64,000 nucleotides of DNA, from assembly GCA_963772365.1 (NCBI GenBank), contig CAVYXA010000001.1:672001-736000 (forward strand), in the 5' to 3' direction. Under the pieces are notes generated by a model. The model made no database searches, was not told where the DNA came from, and saw only the letters and a list, made by a program, of their open reading frames with translations. Position numbers and translations under genes: made by a program. Of the stretch, positions 35,152 to 48,070 are shown piece after piece. How positions within the stretch are numbered: the stretch's first letter is position 1; the number at the start of each line of letters is the position of its first letter. The DNA comes from an uncultured Verrucomicrobiae bacterium (GTDB lineage: Bacteria > Verrucomicrobiota > Verrucomicrobiia > Chthoniobacterales > UBA10450).

Positions 35152-35972
35152 ATGGACGATGATCTCCAACTTTACCGTCTTAAATTCGACAAGGACGCAT
35201 TCGCAAAACTGCCACAGGAAGAGCAAGTCTTTTTCATTCAATTGGGCCAAGTTGCCAACGACCTCCGTCACGTTTTCTTTCTTTGTGTCGCCGCTGAGAA
35301 AGGGACCAGATCGGATTCTTCTGACGAACGTAAGATCGCGCTTCACCAACTGCTCTTCGGCGTCCGCCTGGTTTACAGCATCCTTAATGAAGGCTGGAAA
35401 GTGATTTCGGAACGATGGAGCGAGAATGCTCTCGGCAAGCGTTGGCATCCTCAGCTTAGCCAAGAAGCTAAAGACTCTCTCGCCTTTCTTGGCCGATATT
35501 TTTCCAAACGAATCTGACTCGGACGATTCGCGACCATTTTGGCTCTCATTATCTCTCCGATCATTTACGAGAACCCCTCTTGCATGTGCCAAAGGCGGCT
35601 GCCGAAATCATTACCGGAAACCACAACGGGAATGTTTTTTACACCTTGGCAGAAGAGGTCCGGGCATTGGCGATGTTGCAATTGGCAGCGGAGCCGAGTG
35701 GTCCGAAAATTTGGGACAAGCAAGCGTCAGAAAGCGACATCAGGGCGGCCGCCGTCCGGCTGTACGAAAGTTTCAAGCCGGTGCGCGAAGCATTCGATCT
35801 ATTCGCAAACAATGTGCTCATCACGGTCGTGAAATCACTGCCGCACCGCACCGAGCGTTTCACAGCGCCGGCCGTCACCAACTTCTATGAGATGCGCACG
35901 CCGGTGTTCGTTGAGGAGCGTCCTTCGCACATTAGAACAACCGCCGCCACCGCAGCAAAACCGCAGAATTAG
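35152..35972 (+). pseudogene. Helical protein with a HEPN-like R-x5-H motif, frameshifted
   Basis: ORF pieces 35152-35517 and 35580-35972 are bridged by a frame reading TNLTRTIRDHFGSHY. Confidence 0.5.
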
Positions 35973-36013
35973 CTTCAGTCGGGAAAAACAATGCGGTCGG
36001 GTCCTCCGCTCGC

Positions 36014-36362
36014 TCATCCCATCGAAGCCAGCTTTGCAAAGCCGGACTTGAACGCCCCCACCAGCGTGTCGATCTCCGCTTCGGTCATCGGCGTGGAGAA
36101 CACGCACGCACCCGAGCTGATGATGATGCAACCTTCGTTGTAAAGGTGATCGAGCAACGCCTTGAGTCGGCGCGACTCGTCGGGCGTCGGGTAGGCTTCG
36201 CGGTAATTTCGTGGAGGCGTCTGCTTCATGTGCACCAGGAACATCGAGCCCGCCCCGGTGACGCTCGCGGGCGCGCCCGTCGCGCGGATCGCGCTTTCGA
36301 TGCCGTTCCTGGCCCGATCGGTCAGCGCGTTCAGGCGCGCCACCGCGGGTCGGTCGTCGCGA
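36014..36362 (-). pseudogene. C-terminal fragment of a class-III aminotransferase (GSA-aminomutase-like)
   Basis: RLNAL.DR.R.G....VTGAGSMFLVH...STPMTEAEIDTLV; begins at the repeat. Confidence 0.8.
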
Positions 36363-36365
36363 ATT

Positions 36366-36390
36366 GGGGTCAGTCCTTTTTTCTTGCATT
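36366..36390 (-). repeat. 25-bp inverted repeat, right copy
   Basis: GGGGTCAGTCCTTTTTTCTTGCATT on the + strand. Confidence 0.95.
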
Positions 36391-36547
36391 TGCTCCCCCG
36401 CGGTTTTCCATTCGGAAACACGACGACGGGCAGTCCGGAGCGGCGACTTTCCGCACGCAGCTTCCGAGCCACACGCACAAATGCTCGTTCCGCCCGGGCG
36501 ACAAATGCCGGCGGCTTCTTCGCCCCCTTTGCTTTTCTCGTGCTCAT
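36391..36547 (-). CDS. Small basic partner (putative antitoxin) of the zeta-like ATPase; no own stop, reads through the repeat
   Basis: AERAF.RVARKLRAE.RR.GLPVVV..NGK; ATG overlaps the toxin stop. Confidence 0.6.
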
Positions 36548-37121
36548 GAATCGATCAGTTGCCGGGCGAAATCTATATCATCGTTGTTGCTGGTGGCGAG
36601 TCGTTTCGCTTTGATCCCGCGGCTGTCCCAGATCACCCATCGCGCGGACAGCGGAAGGTAGTCTTTCACCAGATGCGCCCGGCTGCGCTTAAACCGCCGG
36701 CGGATATCGGCGACCGGAACGTCGTGACCGCCCATCCGTACGCGGCGGCGGACACGGGTGATCGCCTGCTCCGGACTGGCCAACCAGAGATAATGCAGTT
36801 CCAACTCGTAGCCGCGCGCCAGGGCGGATTCGAAGATGTGGATGTAAGTCTTTCCGCTCAACGTGCTCTCCAGCGCGAACGTCTCACGCCGAGCGATCGA
36901 CGAACGGACTTCGGTCAGAAGGAGGCGACCGGCTTTAAACTCCCCGGCGGCGGGATCGAGTGGTGACAAGCCTCGCGCGATTTCATCCGCATTATAAAAG
37001 CGGAGGCATTTCACCTCGTGCGGCAGAAATTCCTTCGCGAAGGTGGTTTTGCCCGCGCCGCCTGCTCGCGAAAGCGTTCGGAGTTGCAACCGGCGATGAC
37101 GTAGATGGTGGGGGCAGGCAT
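36544..37121 (-). pseudogene. Zeta-toxin-like P-loop kinase disrupted by a 23-bp insertion in Walker A
   Basis: Removing 37060-37082 restores a 555-nt frame: IYVIAGCNGAGKTT, NADEIA, FALESTLSG, RVRMGGHDVP. Confidence 0.88.
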
Positions 37122-37169
37122 CGATTGTCGATCTTAGCAGAAAGTTCGTTTCGGCGAGACGCCCAAACC
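37119..37169 (-). promoter_or_regulatory. Junction motif copy: hairpin plus TAAGATCGACAATCG-ATG (putative -10 box with a very short leader)
   Basis: Near-identical to 37916-37969; the core TAAGATCGACA also occurs at 42381-42391. Confidence 0.6.
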
Positions 37170-37188
37170 CACGCCCGAGCCGGGCGCG

Positions 37189-37360
37189 CTACCCATTCGA
37201 ATAAATCTCCGCGCCTTTCTCGACAAATTCGCGGGCCTTGTGTTCCATGCCTGCCCGCAATGCTTCGTCCTCCGACAGTTTCTGTTCTGCGGCGAATTTG
37301 CGGACGCCCTCCGTAATTCGCATCGAGCAGAAGTGGGGACCGCACATGATTGAAGAAGTG
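37189..37360 (-). pseudogene. thiC: thiC 3' tail, copy 3
   Basis: [52 protein letters not shown]. Confidence 0.93.
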
Positions 37361-37381
37361 ACGAGTGACGAGAATAGATGT

Positions 37382-37663
37382 CTACACAGGTGCGAGATCG
37401 GCGGCGACGTAGCGAGTTTGATTCAGCACGGCGTCGCTCGCTTCGACGGGAACCTGTTTGATGAGTTCGCGGATGCTGAATTCCTGCTGGCCGACAACTT
37501 CAATACCGATCACGTCGCCGTTGGCGTCGAAATCAAGCATAACCAAACCCTTATCCGATTCATGCCGCTCGGTGCGCGCGACTTTCGCATCGCGAAGTCT
37601 GATGTATGCCGCGGTGGCTTCCGTGTCGATCTCCACCACCGGTGGCTCGGTGATCGGAATCAC
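37382..37663 (-). CDS. DUF2283-family putative antitoxin
   Basis: [12 protein letters not shown]...[16 protein letters not shown]. Confidence 0.82.
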   Translation of the reverse strand: MIPITEPPVVEIDTEATAAYIRLRDAKVARTERHESDKGLVMLDFDANGDVIGIEVVGQQEFSIRELIKQVPVEASDAVLNQTRYVAADLAPV

Positions 37664-37669
37664 AAAATC

Positions 37670-37918
37670 TTTATTCTTCTTCCCCGTATCCGGTGATGAT
37701 CTAGCACTCATTAGCTTTTACTTCGGCTACGACAACGAGCATCTACCTTCAAACGCGCGGGAGAACAACCAGATGAAGCCGCCATGGTTTCCCTTGCGCG
37801 GCGGAGTCTTGAGAATCGATGCAGGCTGGTTAACGCTCAGCATTGCTTGCTCGACGGTGAAGCGGCGTTCGCGAGCGCGCTTTTCGATGTGCGCCGTATC
37901 GTGGAACGTGTAAGCCAT
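37670..37918 (-). pseudogene. DUF4258-like putative toxin with a frameshift and an internal stop
   Basis: TAHIEKRARER..T.EQ....V..P, then in a shifted frame LVVVAEVKANEC*IITGY. Confidence 0.7.
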
Positions 37919-37969
37919 CGATTGTCGATCTTAACAGAAGGAAGTTCGTTTCGGCAAGATGCCGAAACC
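37916..37969 (-). promoter_or_regulatory. Junction motif copy: hairpin plus TAAGATCGACAATCG-ATG
   Basis: Direct repeat of 37119-37169, directly abutting the cargo ATG. Confidence 0.6.
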
Positions 37970-38040
37970 AGGTCGCCGCGGCGACCGTTTCAAAGCCTCG
38001 ACCCAGCAAGGCGGCTACAGAGAATCGGCGCGACGGGCCG

Positions 38041-38774
<734 letters not shown>

Positions 38775-38902
38775 TCTCTTTTTGTTTTTGCAAAATGTGA
38801 AACCGCAGCGTGCCTGTCACCCGTTGGAGACAGGCGGCGCTTCCTGCTGCGTTGAACGAAGCGACTGGCACGCTGCGGAAACAACCTCATTGGTGGACGT
38901 GA

Positions 38903-39325
38903 TCAACTAAGATCACGGCGATAATTGTGAGCACAATTGAAAAAATAATTTGGCCTGCGGTCCAAGCTCGGTTTAAAGGGCAATTGTCGGGATTTGGTCG
39001 ATCCTTTTCTGTCGCCGTCCCTTCTATACGCCTTAGATAGTACTCTGAAGAAGCTCTGATCGATCGCGTGCTTGCGCTGTAGAGGAAGAATACAACACCA
39101 GATCATTACCGGCAGCAGACCGAGCACACAAAATTCAACGATCCGCACGGCGAGTCTATCGACGATGACTTTCCCAGACAGAAATGCCGCAACAATAAGA
39201 GCTATGCTGCCCCAATAACCAAGCAGTAGCTCCCATTCTACTTGCGCCGATTCTGAAAAGCGGCCTGCGAAAGCTTGGCCAGTTCGACAAATTCTTGGTT
39301 CGAATTCATTGCGCTCGGATTGCAC
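38903..39325 (-). CDS. Possible membrane hypothetical protein
   Basis: 140 aa ORF with two hydrophobic stretches; no motif recognised. Confidence 0.3.
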   Translation of the reverse strand: MQSERNEFEPRICRTGQAFAGRFSESAQVEWELLLGYWGSIALIVAAFLSGKVIVDRLAVRIVEFCVLGLLPVMIWCCILPLQRKHAIDQSFFRVLSKAYRRDGDRKGSTKSRQLPFKPSLDRRPNYFFNCAHNYRRDLS

Positions 39326-39990
39326 TAACGGCCGCTTCCCGAATTAAATTTCAGTACCTCTTCCCAGATGATCGCGCCGTCTGGTGTGCAGAAGTCCGCG
39401 ATAAACTCACCGGTGAACCGCGTGATGACTTTCGCATATTCAGTTTGGAATGCTTCGTTGCGCTCTTTCGCCTGGTGTCCAAGCGGCTCGATGATGTCGA
39501 TGTACAGATTCGGATTGCCAGAAATGAACTCCCAGAATTGCTGACCGCAGAGCTTCAAATAATCTCCTTGATCAGCCACGCGCGTTTTGCCGTAGCAGCA
39601 TCCGTTCACGGCGATAACTTTTTGCCGTCCGATGTTTGTTCCGAGGATTCGCTTTGCCTTTCGGAAGTTGTCCACCATTCGTCGAATCTGGCTGGCGTTT
39701 CCCCAATTCGGACCGGACTTAATCGAGACGATGTATGTCATGTCCTTTTTCGTGAACTCGAGATCGATTCCTTCGGCCGAGGACTTGTGACCGCGATAGA
39801 CGCGCTCGCAGATGAAGCGCGCCAGACCTTCGAGAAAACTTCCGAAGATGCCTTCTTCTTGCGAAGACAGATATGCGTCTAAGAAACTGCGAACGAGTTC
39901 CGGGCCCGAAACGATGTTCTTCGCGCGAAACAAGTATGGATTCTTGCGCGTGATGACATTCCGCAGCTTCAGCTTTGTAAGGCTTTCAAG
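39325..39990 (-). pseudogene. PmeII-like type II restriction endonuclease, N-terminally truncated, with no methyltransferase nearby
   Basis: RKNPYLFRAKN, SSQEEGIFG.FLE, GIDLEF and VSIKSGPNWGN motifs; upstream in-frame stop. Confidence 0.8.
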
Positions 39991-39996
39991 CTAGCG

Positions 39997-40182
39997 TTAT
40001 GAATGGATGTGCTGCTGGATCGCGTTCTCGATCGCTTGAAACCAATCGATGTAATCGCCCACCGAATTACCAACCGCTGACACTTCTTCGTCTGTCAGTT
40101 CACGTTCAAGAACCTCTTTAGCGACCTGTTGTAAGTCGTCTATGGATATTTCGTAAACGGTTCTTTCGATCTCGCTCTTCAT
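39997..40182 (-). CDS. Small acidic hypothetical protein
   Basis: 61 aa ORF between the HNH gene and the restriction gene. Confidence 0.65.
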   Translation of the reverse strand: MKSEIERTVYEISIDDLQQVAKEVLERELTDEEVSAVGNSVGDYIDWFQAIENAIQQHIHS

Positions 40183-40197
40183 AACATTAACTGTAGA

Positions 40198-41175
40198 TCA
40201 TTGATGAAAAACAAATTGGCGATGCCACCTAATTGAATTGATGTGCGGATATACTTGTCGTCTCGTAGGCAGTCGAATTCCAGTGCTGTTTCTCGTAAGT
40301 GCGCGAATCAATTCGTAGTCGCCTACACGCCCGAAATCTGATGGTAGGTGAGAAAGCTTCGACGAAATGCAGATTTTGTAGTTGTCGAGCAACGCAAACC
40401 AACCGACGTCAAAAGCCCAATGATGAAAGCGGCATAACGCAATTCCGTTAAAGAGATCATCTCGACCGAAGGAACCATGAGGAACAATGTGCGCAGCCTC
40501 GACCTCCCAGCACAATGAATCAGGCGAATTTATCTTCAATGCGCACACAGCGCAGCGAAAGTTGTAAACTTGGATGACCGCTTGTCGAAAGCCGCGAACC
40601 CGCAGCGCAGTTTCCCTTATGGTTTTGACGAGTTTTCGGTTCCTATCGAACGGCTGATAATTTTCCGGCCTGCGAGTATCGAGAAGCTTCTTCACAACCT
40701 TCTGGACTTCGAATGATTTGATCGGCAACGATGCTTTCTCCACGACTGGTATGTCCGAAATCCTCAGCGCCTCGTCGAACCCCTTTTCGGTCAGCATCCA
40801 TTCTCTTTTCTGCGTTAGTTGAAACGTTTCCGTGGGCCGCGAAACAAAGCCTTGGTTCGCGAGCGAATCAGCAGCACGAAAAAGCAACCGATGCCAGAGG
40901 AGAGCTTTCTTAAGACGATTCTGTTTGCGATATATGGTTTCAAGCGCGGCAGTTCGCTGGCCTTCGTTCAACTGAAATTGGTCAGCGATTTCATCGACAA
41001 CTTGTTGGCCAGCACCGAACTCTTTGACAACTCCGCCATGTTTCAAAAGCGTTCGAAGAAGGACGCGTCCGACTTCTGTTCGAGTCGGCATCGCCAACTG
41101 CTCGAGCATTCTGCTTTCGTAGCTCATTTTGGCATCCGCTATCGTTTCGCGATCGAAGTTGAAATCATTCGACAA
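40198..41175 (-). CDS. HNH endonuclease with an N-terminal Mrr_N-like winged helix
   Basis: FRQAV...Y.FRCAVC, EAAHIVP, NGIALC..HHWAFD.G; N-terminal W.LTEKG motif. Confidence 0.85.
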   Translation of the reverse strand: MSNDFNFDRETIADAKMSYESRMLEQLAMPTRTEVGRVLLRTLLKHGGVVKEFGAGQQVVDEIADQFQLNEGQRTAALETIYRKQNRLKKALLWHRLLFRAADSLANQGFVSRPTETFQLTQKREWMLTEKGFDEALRISDIPVVEKASLPIKSFEVQKVVKKLLDTRRPENYQPFDRNRKLVKTIRETALRVRGFRQAVIQVYNFRCAVCALKINSPDSLCWEVEAAHIVPHGSFGRDDLFNGIALCRFHHWAFDVGWFALLDNYKICISSKLSHLPSDFGRVGDYELIRALTRNSTGIRLPTRRQVYPHINSIRWHRQFVFHQ

Positions 41176-41551
41176 TCTTGCCGTTGGTTGTCACGGTAAA
41201 AAACGTCCCACGCTTGGCACTCTGAGCCGCCGCGATAATATCCGGGAAGCATTTAACAAATTTGTACGCCTGAATCCAAAACTCGTAGTTTGTCCAACCA
41301 GGCTTCAAAAAGAAGGTTGTGTGTCCTGCATTCCGCCAAGCTTGGACTTCGTGCGGATTTCTACTTATGTGAATGTCGCCCGATATGATCGTCCAATCTT
41401 GCTCCGTAGCTAACTGGCTCATCCAAGTCTCGTCGGGTGTATTTGCAGCAAATCGATCTTTTAGATGCACGACCTGATGCTCAGGTTCGACGAGCGCGTT
41501 TAAGCTCTTCGCTAACTTCGGCGCGAGATTGTTATCAAGAAAGAATCTCAC
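41165..41551 (-). CDS. VapC45-like PIN toxin
   Basis: MRFFLDNNL, D..W and ISGD..I...P.E motifs. Confidence 0.85.
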   Translation of the reverse strand: MRFFLDNNLAPKLAKSLNALVEPEHQVVHLKDRFAANTPDETWMSQLATEQDWTIISGDIHISRNPHEVQAWRNAGHTTFFLKPGWTNYEFWIQAYKFVKCFPDIIAAAQSAKRGTFFTVTTNGKIVE

Positions 41552-42276
41552 GCCGCTTTCGCGAGCGACTCTTCGTATTCAACAGCGTCACGCACTTCCT
41601 CTCGCTGGACCTCATACCATCGCGCGACCATTTCGACTGAGTTTGCTTTCACGCTACGCGCAAGTGTCGTGGCAGGAACACCGGATTTAGCAACTGTTGG
41701 CTGACCGAAGTTCCGACGGGGATCGACAACAATTTGTCGATCTTTGCCGAGGGGCCACCAAATGATTTCATCTCCAGAGAACTCGAGCTCCTTTAGAAAA
41801 TTCTGCACGATACGCCTAAACTCTCCTTGCTCAGTGACGAGATTTATGAGCGCTTCATCAGAATCCTCCCGCGCTTGCTTCAGCAGAATGTTTTTGCCGT
41901 CCGTTGCAATTCGCTTCGAGCAAAAGGGGTGTGTCGTCTGTAATTCCTTCTGAGCCTTGGTGTGCGCGCGGCGCATCGTCGTCCAGCTGACCCCTGCTTT
42001 GATGAATGCGTCAACGAATCTTAGCTCCAGCAAATCACGAAAACTGAGCGCTAGTTTGTCATCGATTGGTTCGATATCCATCTGCCAAACTGCTTCGGAA
42101 TGGCGAACTGATTCGCCACGGCGAAAATAGTACCCCTTAATCCAGCGGCGAATTTTACCCGCGGGTATGCGAGTAAGCCGTGCCGCCTCAGAGATGCTGT
42201 AGAGTCCGGTGTTCAGGAGTTTGGATCGTCGGTCGTGCACCGCTGACAATGAAGCCGGTGCCGTGCCTGAATGCAA
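41548..42276 (-). CDS. HTH plus DUF433 (VapB45-like) antitoxin
   Basis: GLYSISEAARL, LSFRDLLE, IVVDPRRNFGQP and V.DAVEYE motifs. Confidence 0.88.
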   Translation of the reverse strand: MHSGTAPASLSAVHDRRSKLLNTGLYSISEAARLTRIPAGKIRRWIKGYYFRRGESVRHSEAVWQMDIEPIDDKLALSFRDLLELRFVDAFIKAGVSWTTMRRAHTKAQKELQTTHPFCSKRIATDGKNILLKQAREDSDEALINLVTEQGEFRRIVQNFLKELEFSGDEIIWWPLGKDRQIVVDPRRNFGQPTVAKSGVPATTLARSVKANSVEMVARWYEVQREEVRDAVEYEESLAKAA

Positions 42277-42388
42277 TCCTGCTTTTGGCTCTGGGGCTCA
42301 CCTGGTCTGCTCCCCGCGCATAAGCGTCGAGCGGGACTCTACGTTTTTCGCACGCAGGGTGACCAGCGTCTAGTCGACAATGTCGATC

Positions 42389-44558
<2,170 letters not shown>

Positions 44559-44561
44559 GCT

Positions 44562-44652
44562 GGCTTCCCTGCGTCGGCATTACCCGCATCAGGTTCAAGG
44601 GGTCGTCCATCTCAATCGCCGGACCTCTCAGCCATTCAGCTCCCCCGCAATC
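44562..44652 (-). ncRNA. TPP riboswitch
   Basis: GGGGAGC..GCTGAGAG..GACCC.TTGAACCTGATGCGGGTAATGCC..CGCAGGGAAG upstream of thiC. Confidence 0.96.
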
Positions 44653-44801
44653 GTAGCTACGCTACAGTGACGAGTGAGGGGTGACAAGTGACGAGTGAGA
44701 CCGGGACTCGGCTCGGGAAACCGGAAGACAGAACTAAGAGAGTGCAAGAACAACGCGCATCGATGGGACGCGCGTTGTTCCGCAAATCGACGAGTGAAGC
44801 G

Positions 44802-45272
44802 CTATTCCTTTTTCTGACCTTCCGTCCCCATTTCGGTACTAGCTTGTTTCACGTTGGTGTGGAAAATCGCAATCCAATCACCACTACTTCCTTTTTTATG
44901 CCAGATAGAGCCAGCGTTGAATGTGCCGGAGGCGTCTTTGCCATCGTAGGTTCCTTCCACTTTAACAATGTAACTGGCAACAACGATGTTCGGCCCGTCG
45001 GAGGTAATCTTGTAATCGCTGATCGCGAACGATTTCATGTCCCACTTCTGCATATCGGACAATTCTTTCGCCATATCCGAGATGCCGTCGTCGTAAACGC
45101 CGACGAAATTGGCAGACACGACTTTTTTGAAGTCATCCGTCTTTTTATCTTTGAACGCCTGCCACGCGGCATTTTCCTTGGCTTCGAGCGCAGATTTGTC
45201 CGGCATTGCAGCAGATGAAATGGCCGTTGCCGCCAGGAAAACAATCATCGTATAAGCGATTTGTTTTTTCAT
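44802..45272 (-). CDS. Exported NTF2-like (DUF4440) protein
   Basis: Signal peptide; E.AAWQAF and SIW.K....W..IFH motifs. Confidence 0.8.
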   Translation of the reverse strand: MKKQIAYTMIVFLAATAISSAAMPDKSALEAKENAAWQAFKDKKTDDFKKVVSANFVGVYDDGISDMAKELSDMQKWDMKSFAISDYKITSDGPNIVVASYIVKVEGTYDGKDASGTFNAGSIWHKKGSSGDWIAIFHTNVKQASTEMGTEGQKKE

Positions 45273-45454
45273 AGTGTTCCTTTTGTTGAGGTTAGCTGAC
45301 ACAACACCCTGATACCTACGGGCGAACGTGGTCAAGGGGAATCCAAAGGGCCGAGGTCGTGATTCAAACAGAGTCCGGCGAGCCGCCGCGCCCTTTTTTT
45401 CAGCAAAATGGGAACTTGCGACCGCTCGCACATGTGATAAAAATCGCCCCGTTC

Positions 45455-46357
45455 ATGCAAATCCGATCTCGCTCTGCGCTCTTCGTTTCCCTTGTTCTGA
45501 TGTTCGTTCTAAGTGAAGAAGCGGCCAAGGCGGCGACCTGCTGTGTCTGGCGAGTGGTTAACTCGAAAGCGCCCTGTTATCTCGTCGGGACGGTGCATTC
45601 CTTAAAAAGCGGCGATTTCCCTCTGGCTCGCGGGTACAAAGAGGCCCTCCGCGATTCGAAGCGTTTTGTCTTCGAGATGAACCCTGATCGCGTAAATGAC
45701 TTTATCAAAAAATTCGACGCTGCTCAGGCGTATCCGAAGGGCGACGATATTCGGCGTCATGTTCACCCGAAAACATGGCAGATCATTACCGTAAACTTTT
45801 CGAGAGCGGGGATGTTTGGGAAATCGGCCCACATTGGAGAGACATATCTACCTCACGGAATCCAGCAACTCCGGCCCTGGGCGATCGCTTTTCACTTCTA
45901 CGGCATACGCGGTTACAACGATTTCAGACTTGAAGGCGTAAATAATTATTTCGCCAACCAGGGAAGACGAATGCACAAGCAACTGGCCGGGCTCGAAACC
46001 GACGACGAACATGTCGAAATACTCCGAGGGTTGAATGATATCGAGTCAGAACTCATCTTGCTTGACGCAATTACCCACCGTGAAAAGGCTCGCGGCGAGC
46101 TCTACCGTTCGCATGCCGCCTGGAAACGAGGCGATGCCGCAACTGTCTGGGCCATCCATCAGCGCTTTCGCAATCTCGATCCCGGCGCTGACGTTCGATT
46201 GCTCGACATCCGCAACGTGAAATGGGTGCCTAAAATTCGAGCCGAATTTAATAGCGGCACGCCGACGTCGATCGTGGTGGGCGTCGCTCACATGCTTGGC
46301 CCGAATGGACTGATTGCGCTTTTGCAGCGCAATCACTTCAAGTTTGAACAGCTCTAA
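45455..46357 (+). CDS. TraB/GumN-family protein
   Basis: YLVGTVH, GLET, RN.KW and VVGVAH.LGP.G motifs. Confidence 0.9.
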   Translation: MQIRSRSALFVSLVLMFVLSEEAAKAATCCVWRVVNSKAPCYLVGTVHSLKSGDFPLARGYKEALRDSKRFVFEMNPDRVNDFIKKFDAAQAYPKGDDIRRHVHPKTWQIITVNFSRAGMFGKSAHIGETYLPHGIQQLRPWAIAFHFYGIRGYNDFRLEGVNNYFANQGRRMHKQLAGLETDDEHVEILRGLNDIESELILLDAITHREKARGELYRSHAAWKRGDAATVWAIHQRFRNLDPGADVRLLDIRNVKWVPKIRAEFNSGTPTSIVVGVAHMLGPNGLIALLQRNHFKFEQL

Positions 46358-46401
46358 TATGCCCGGCGGGCTCAGCGATCCCGCCCTACCACTTTCTCAA
46401 A

Positions 46402-47739
46402 TCACAGACCACTCGGGAACGTCTCCTCGACTTCGCCCGCTTCCCATTCAGCGCTGCGCTCCAACGGTTCGACCGCGCGTGTGTGATCATAATGAAGGAT
46501 GCCGTCGAATTGATTCGGCAAAGACGCATAAAAATAATGGCTGACCCTTTCCGTTTCCGGACGATAAATCACACCAATAGCGCGTTCGAGCCGGTCGATC
46601 CGCAATCGCGACGCGAGATCCGTATCATCGCGCAGTCGCAAAAAGAAATTTGGAACATCGACATCGTGAAACAGCGCTTCGTAACTTTCCGTCAATGCTG
46701 GCCGGACATTCTTTCGTTCCGCCGGTGCATCCCAGTCGGACGCCGCCATCACTGTGCCATGATATGTGGTAAATCCGAGCGAGACCGCAGCTTTGCCAAA
46801 ACGTTGCCGCACCAGCTGTCCAAGATTCAACTCGCCGCGTTCACTCATTTGTGTCGCCCGGGCATCGCCCAGATGTGAGTTATGGGCCCAGACGATAATC
46901 CGGGCGGGTCGGGAAGTTTTTTGTGATTTGTCGAGATGTTTTGTTAAGCTCTCCAGCGAATCCATCATGTGGGTATCGCGCAGATTCCAGGAATTAAACT
47001 CGCGGCGAAACATGTTCCGGTAATATTCCTCGGCATCCCGAACGACCAGCGCGTTCTGCTCGGCGCAAAAATAGGCGTCGGCGGCGATTTGTCCGTCGCG
47101 CTGCAGGTATTCCATCGCTTTCATCCGCAGCGCGATCAGTTCCTTTACTACTTCTTCCTCGCAACCAGGGGTCAGTCCCGAGCCGGTCGCCCAACCGTAG
47201 GTCTGGATCTCCGGTCCAAAATGATCGAAACAACCATAATGATGACGGGCCCGACGAGCTGCCTCGGAGTCGACTTTACTTAAATAATCGAGAACCGCTT
47301 CGATCGATGAACGCAAACTGTAGAGATCCAGCCCGTAAAATCCGCACTTCTCCGCATCAGAAAGGCGCTCTCCGTTGTGCTCACGTAACCAGCCGACAAA
47401 ATCGAGCACATCGGCGTTCCGCCACATCCATTGCGGGAAACGTTTGAAACCGCTCAACGCTTCCACACTGTCCAGATCCTGACTGACACCGCGAACGAAA
47501 CGATTTACCCGATAGGCATCCGGCCAATCGGCTTCTACTGCAACGCCGTTAAAGCCGTGCTCTTGAATCAGCAGTTTGGAAACCTGCGCCCGAATCCGAT
47601 AGAACTCGTGCGTCCCGTGACTTGCTTCTCCAATCAGAACAAACCGGGCATCACCGATAAGCTCGAGGACAGGATCGAAATCGCCGGGCGATCCGACCAG
47701 TGGTTCTGCCTTCGTCCTAATAAGATCGACATCGTTCAT
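46402..47739 (-). CDS. Erythromycin-esterase-family protein
   Basis: IGEASHGTHEFY, VEADWPD and WAHNSHLGDARAT motifs. Confidence 0.92.
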   Translation of the reverse strand: MNDVDLIRTKAEPLVGSPGDFDPVLELIGDARFVLIGEASHGTHEFYRIRAQVSKLLIQEHGFNGVAVEADWPDAYRVNRFVRGVSQDLDSVEALSGFKRFPQWMWRNADVLDFVGWLREHNGERLSDAEKCGFYGLDLYSLRSSIEAVLDYLSKVDSEAARRARHHYGCFDHFGPEIQTYGWATGSGLTPGCEEEVVKELIALRMKAMEYLQRDGQIAADAYFCAEQNALVVRDAEEYYRNMFRREFNSWNLRDTHMMDSLESLTKHLDKSQKTSRPARIIVWAHNSHLGDARATQMSERGELNLGQLVRQRFGKAAVSLGFTTYHGTVMAASDWDAPAERKNVRPALTESYEALFHDVDVPNFFLRLRDDTDLASRLRIDRLERAIGVIYRPETERVSHYFYASLPNQFDGILHYDHTRAVEPLERSAEWEAGEVEETFPSGL

Positions 47740-47749
47740 TCGCAGATCA

Positions 47750-47944
47750 TCACGCGTGCCGAGCCGAAGGCCTGGTTTGGTGAGCGTGCTCACGAATGGC
47801 ATGCGCGACTGCTTCAATCAAGATACCGATAGTAATCGCAAAGCCTATCAACAGAAACACCGGGTGAACAGCGATCGCCAGCCCGATCGACAGCGCGATC
47901 ATCAACACCACCGTTGGGGAATCAAAGAAATGCATCTTTTTCAT
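47750..47944 (-). CDS. Small membrane protein
   Basis: AGGAGGAG RBS; 64 aa hydrophobic ORF. Confidence 0.6.
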   Translation of the reverse strand: MKKMHFFDSPTVVLMIALSIGLAIAVHPVFLLIGFAITIGILIEAVAHAIREHAHQTRPSARHA

Positions 47945-48070
47945 ATCACTCCTCCTGTTGAGTGATGCTAATCGGTTGATTCCCCAACTGATAACCGCCA
48001 CTTGGCTTTCGCTGAGCAAAAATTGCGCGCCAGCGACTCCAAAATTGGATCGCGGGAATTTCTGCGCGGC

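Noticed and set aside
46402..47739. Antibiotic resistance gene
   Set aside because: The erythromycin-esterase fold family is widespread, and the sequence gives no evidence of macrolide activity
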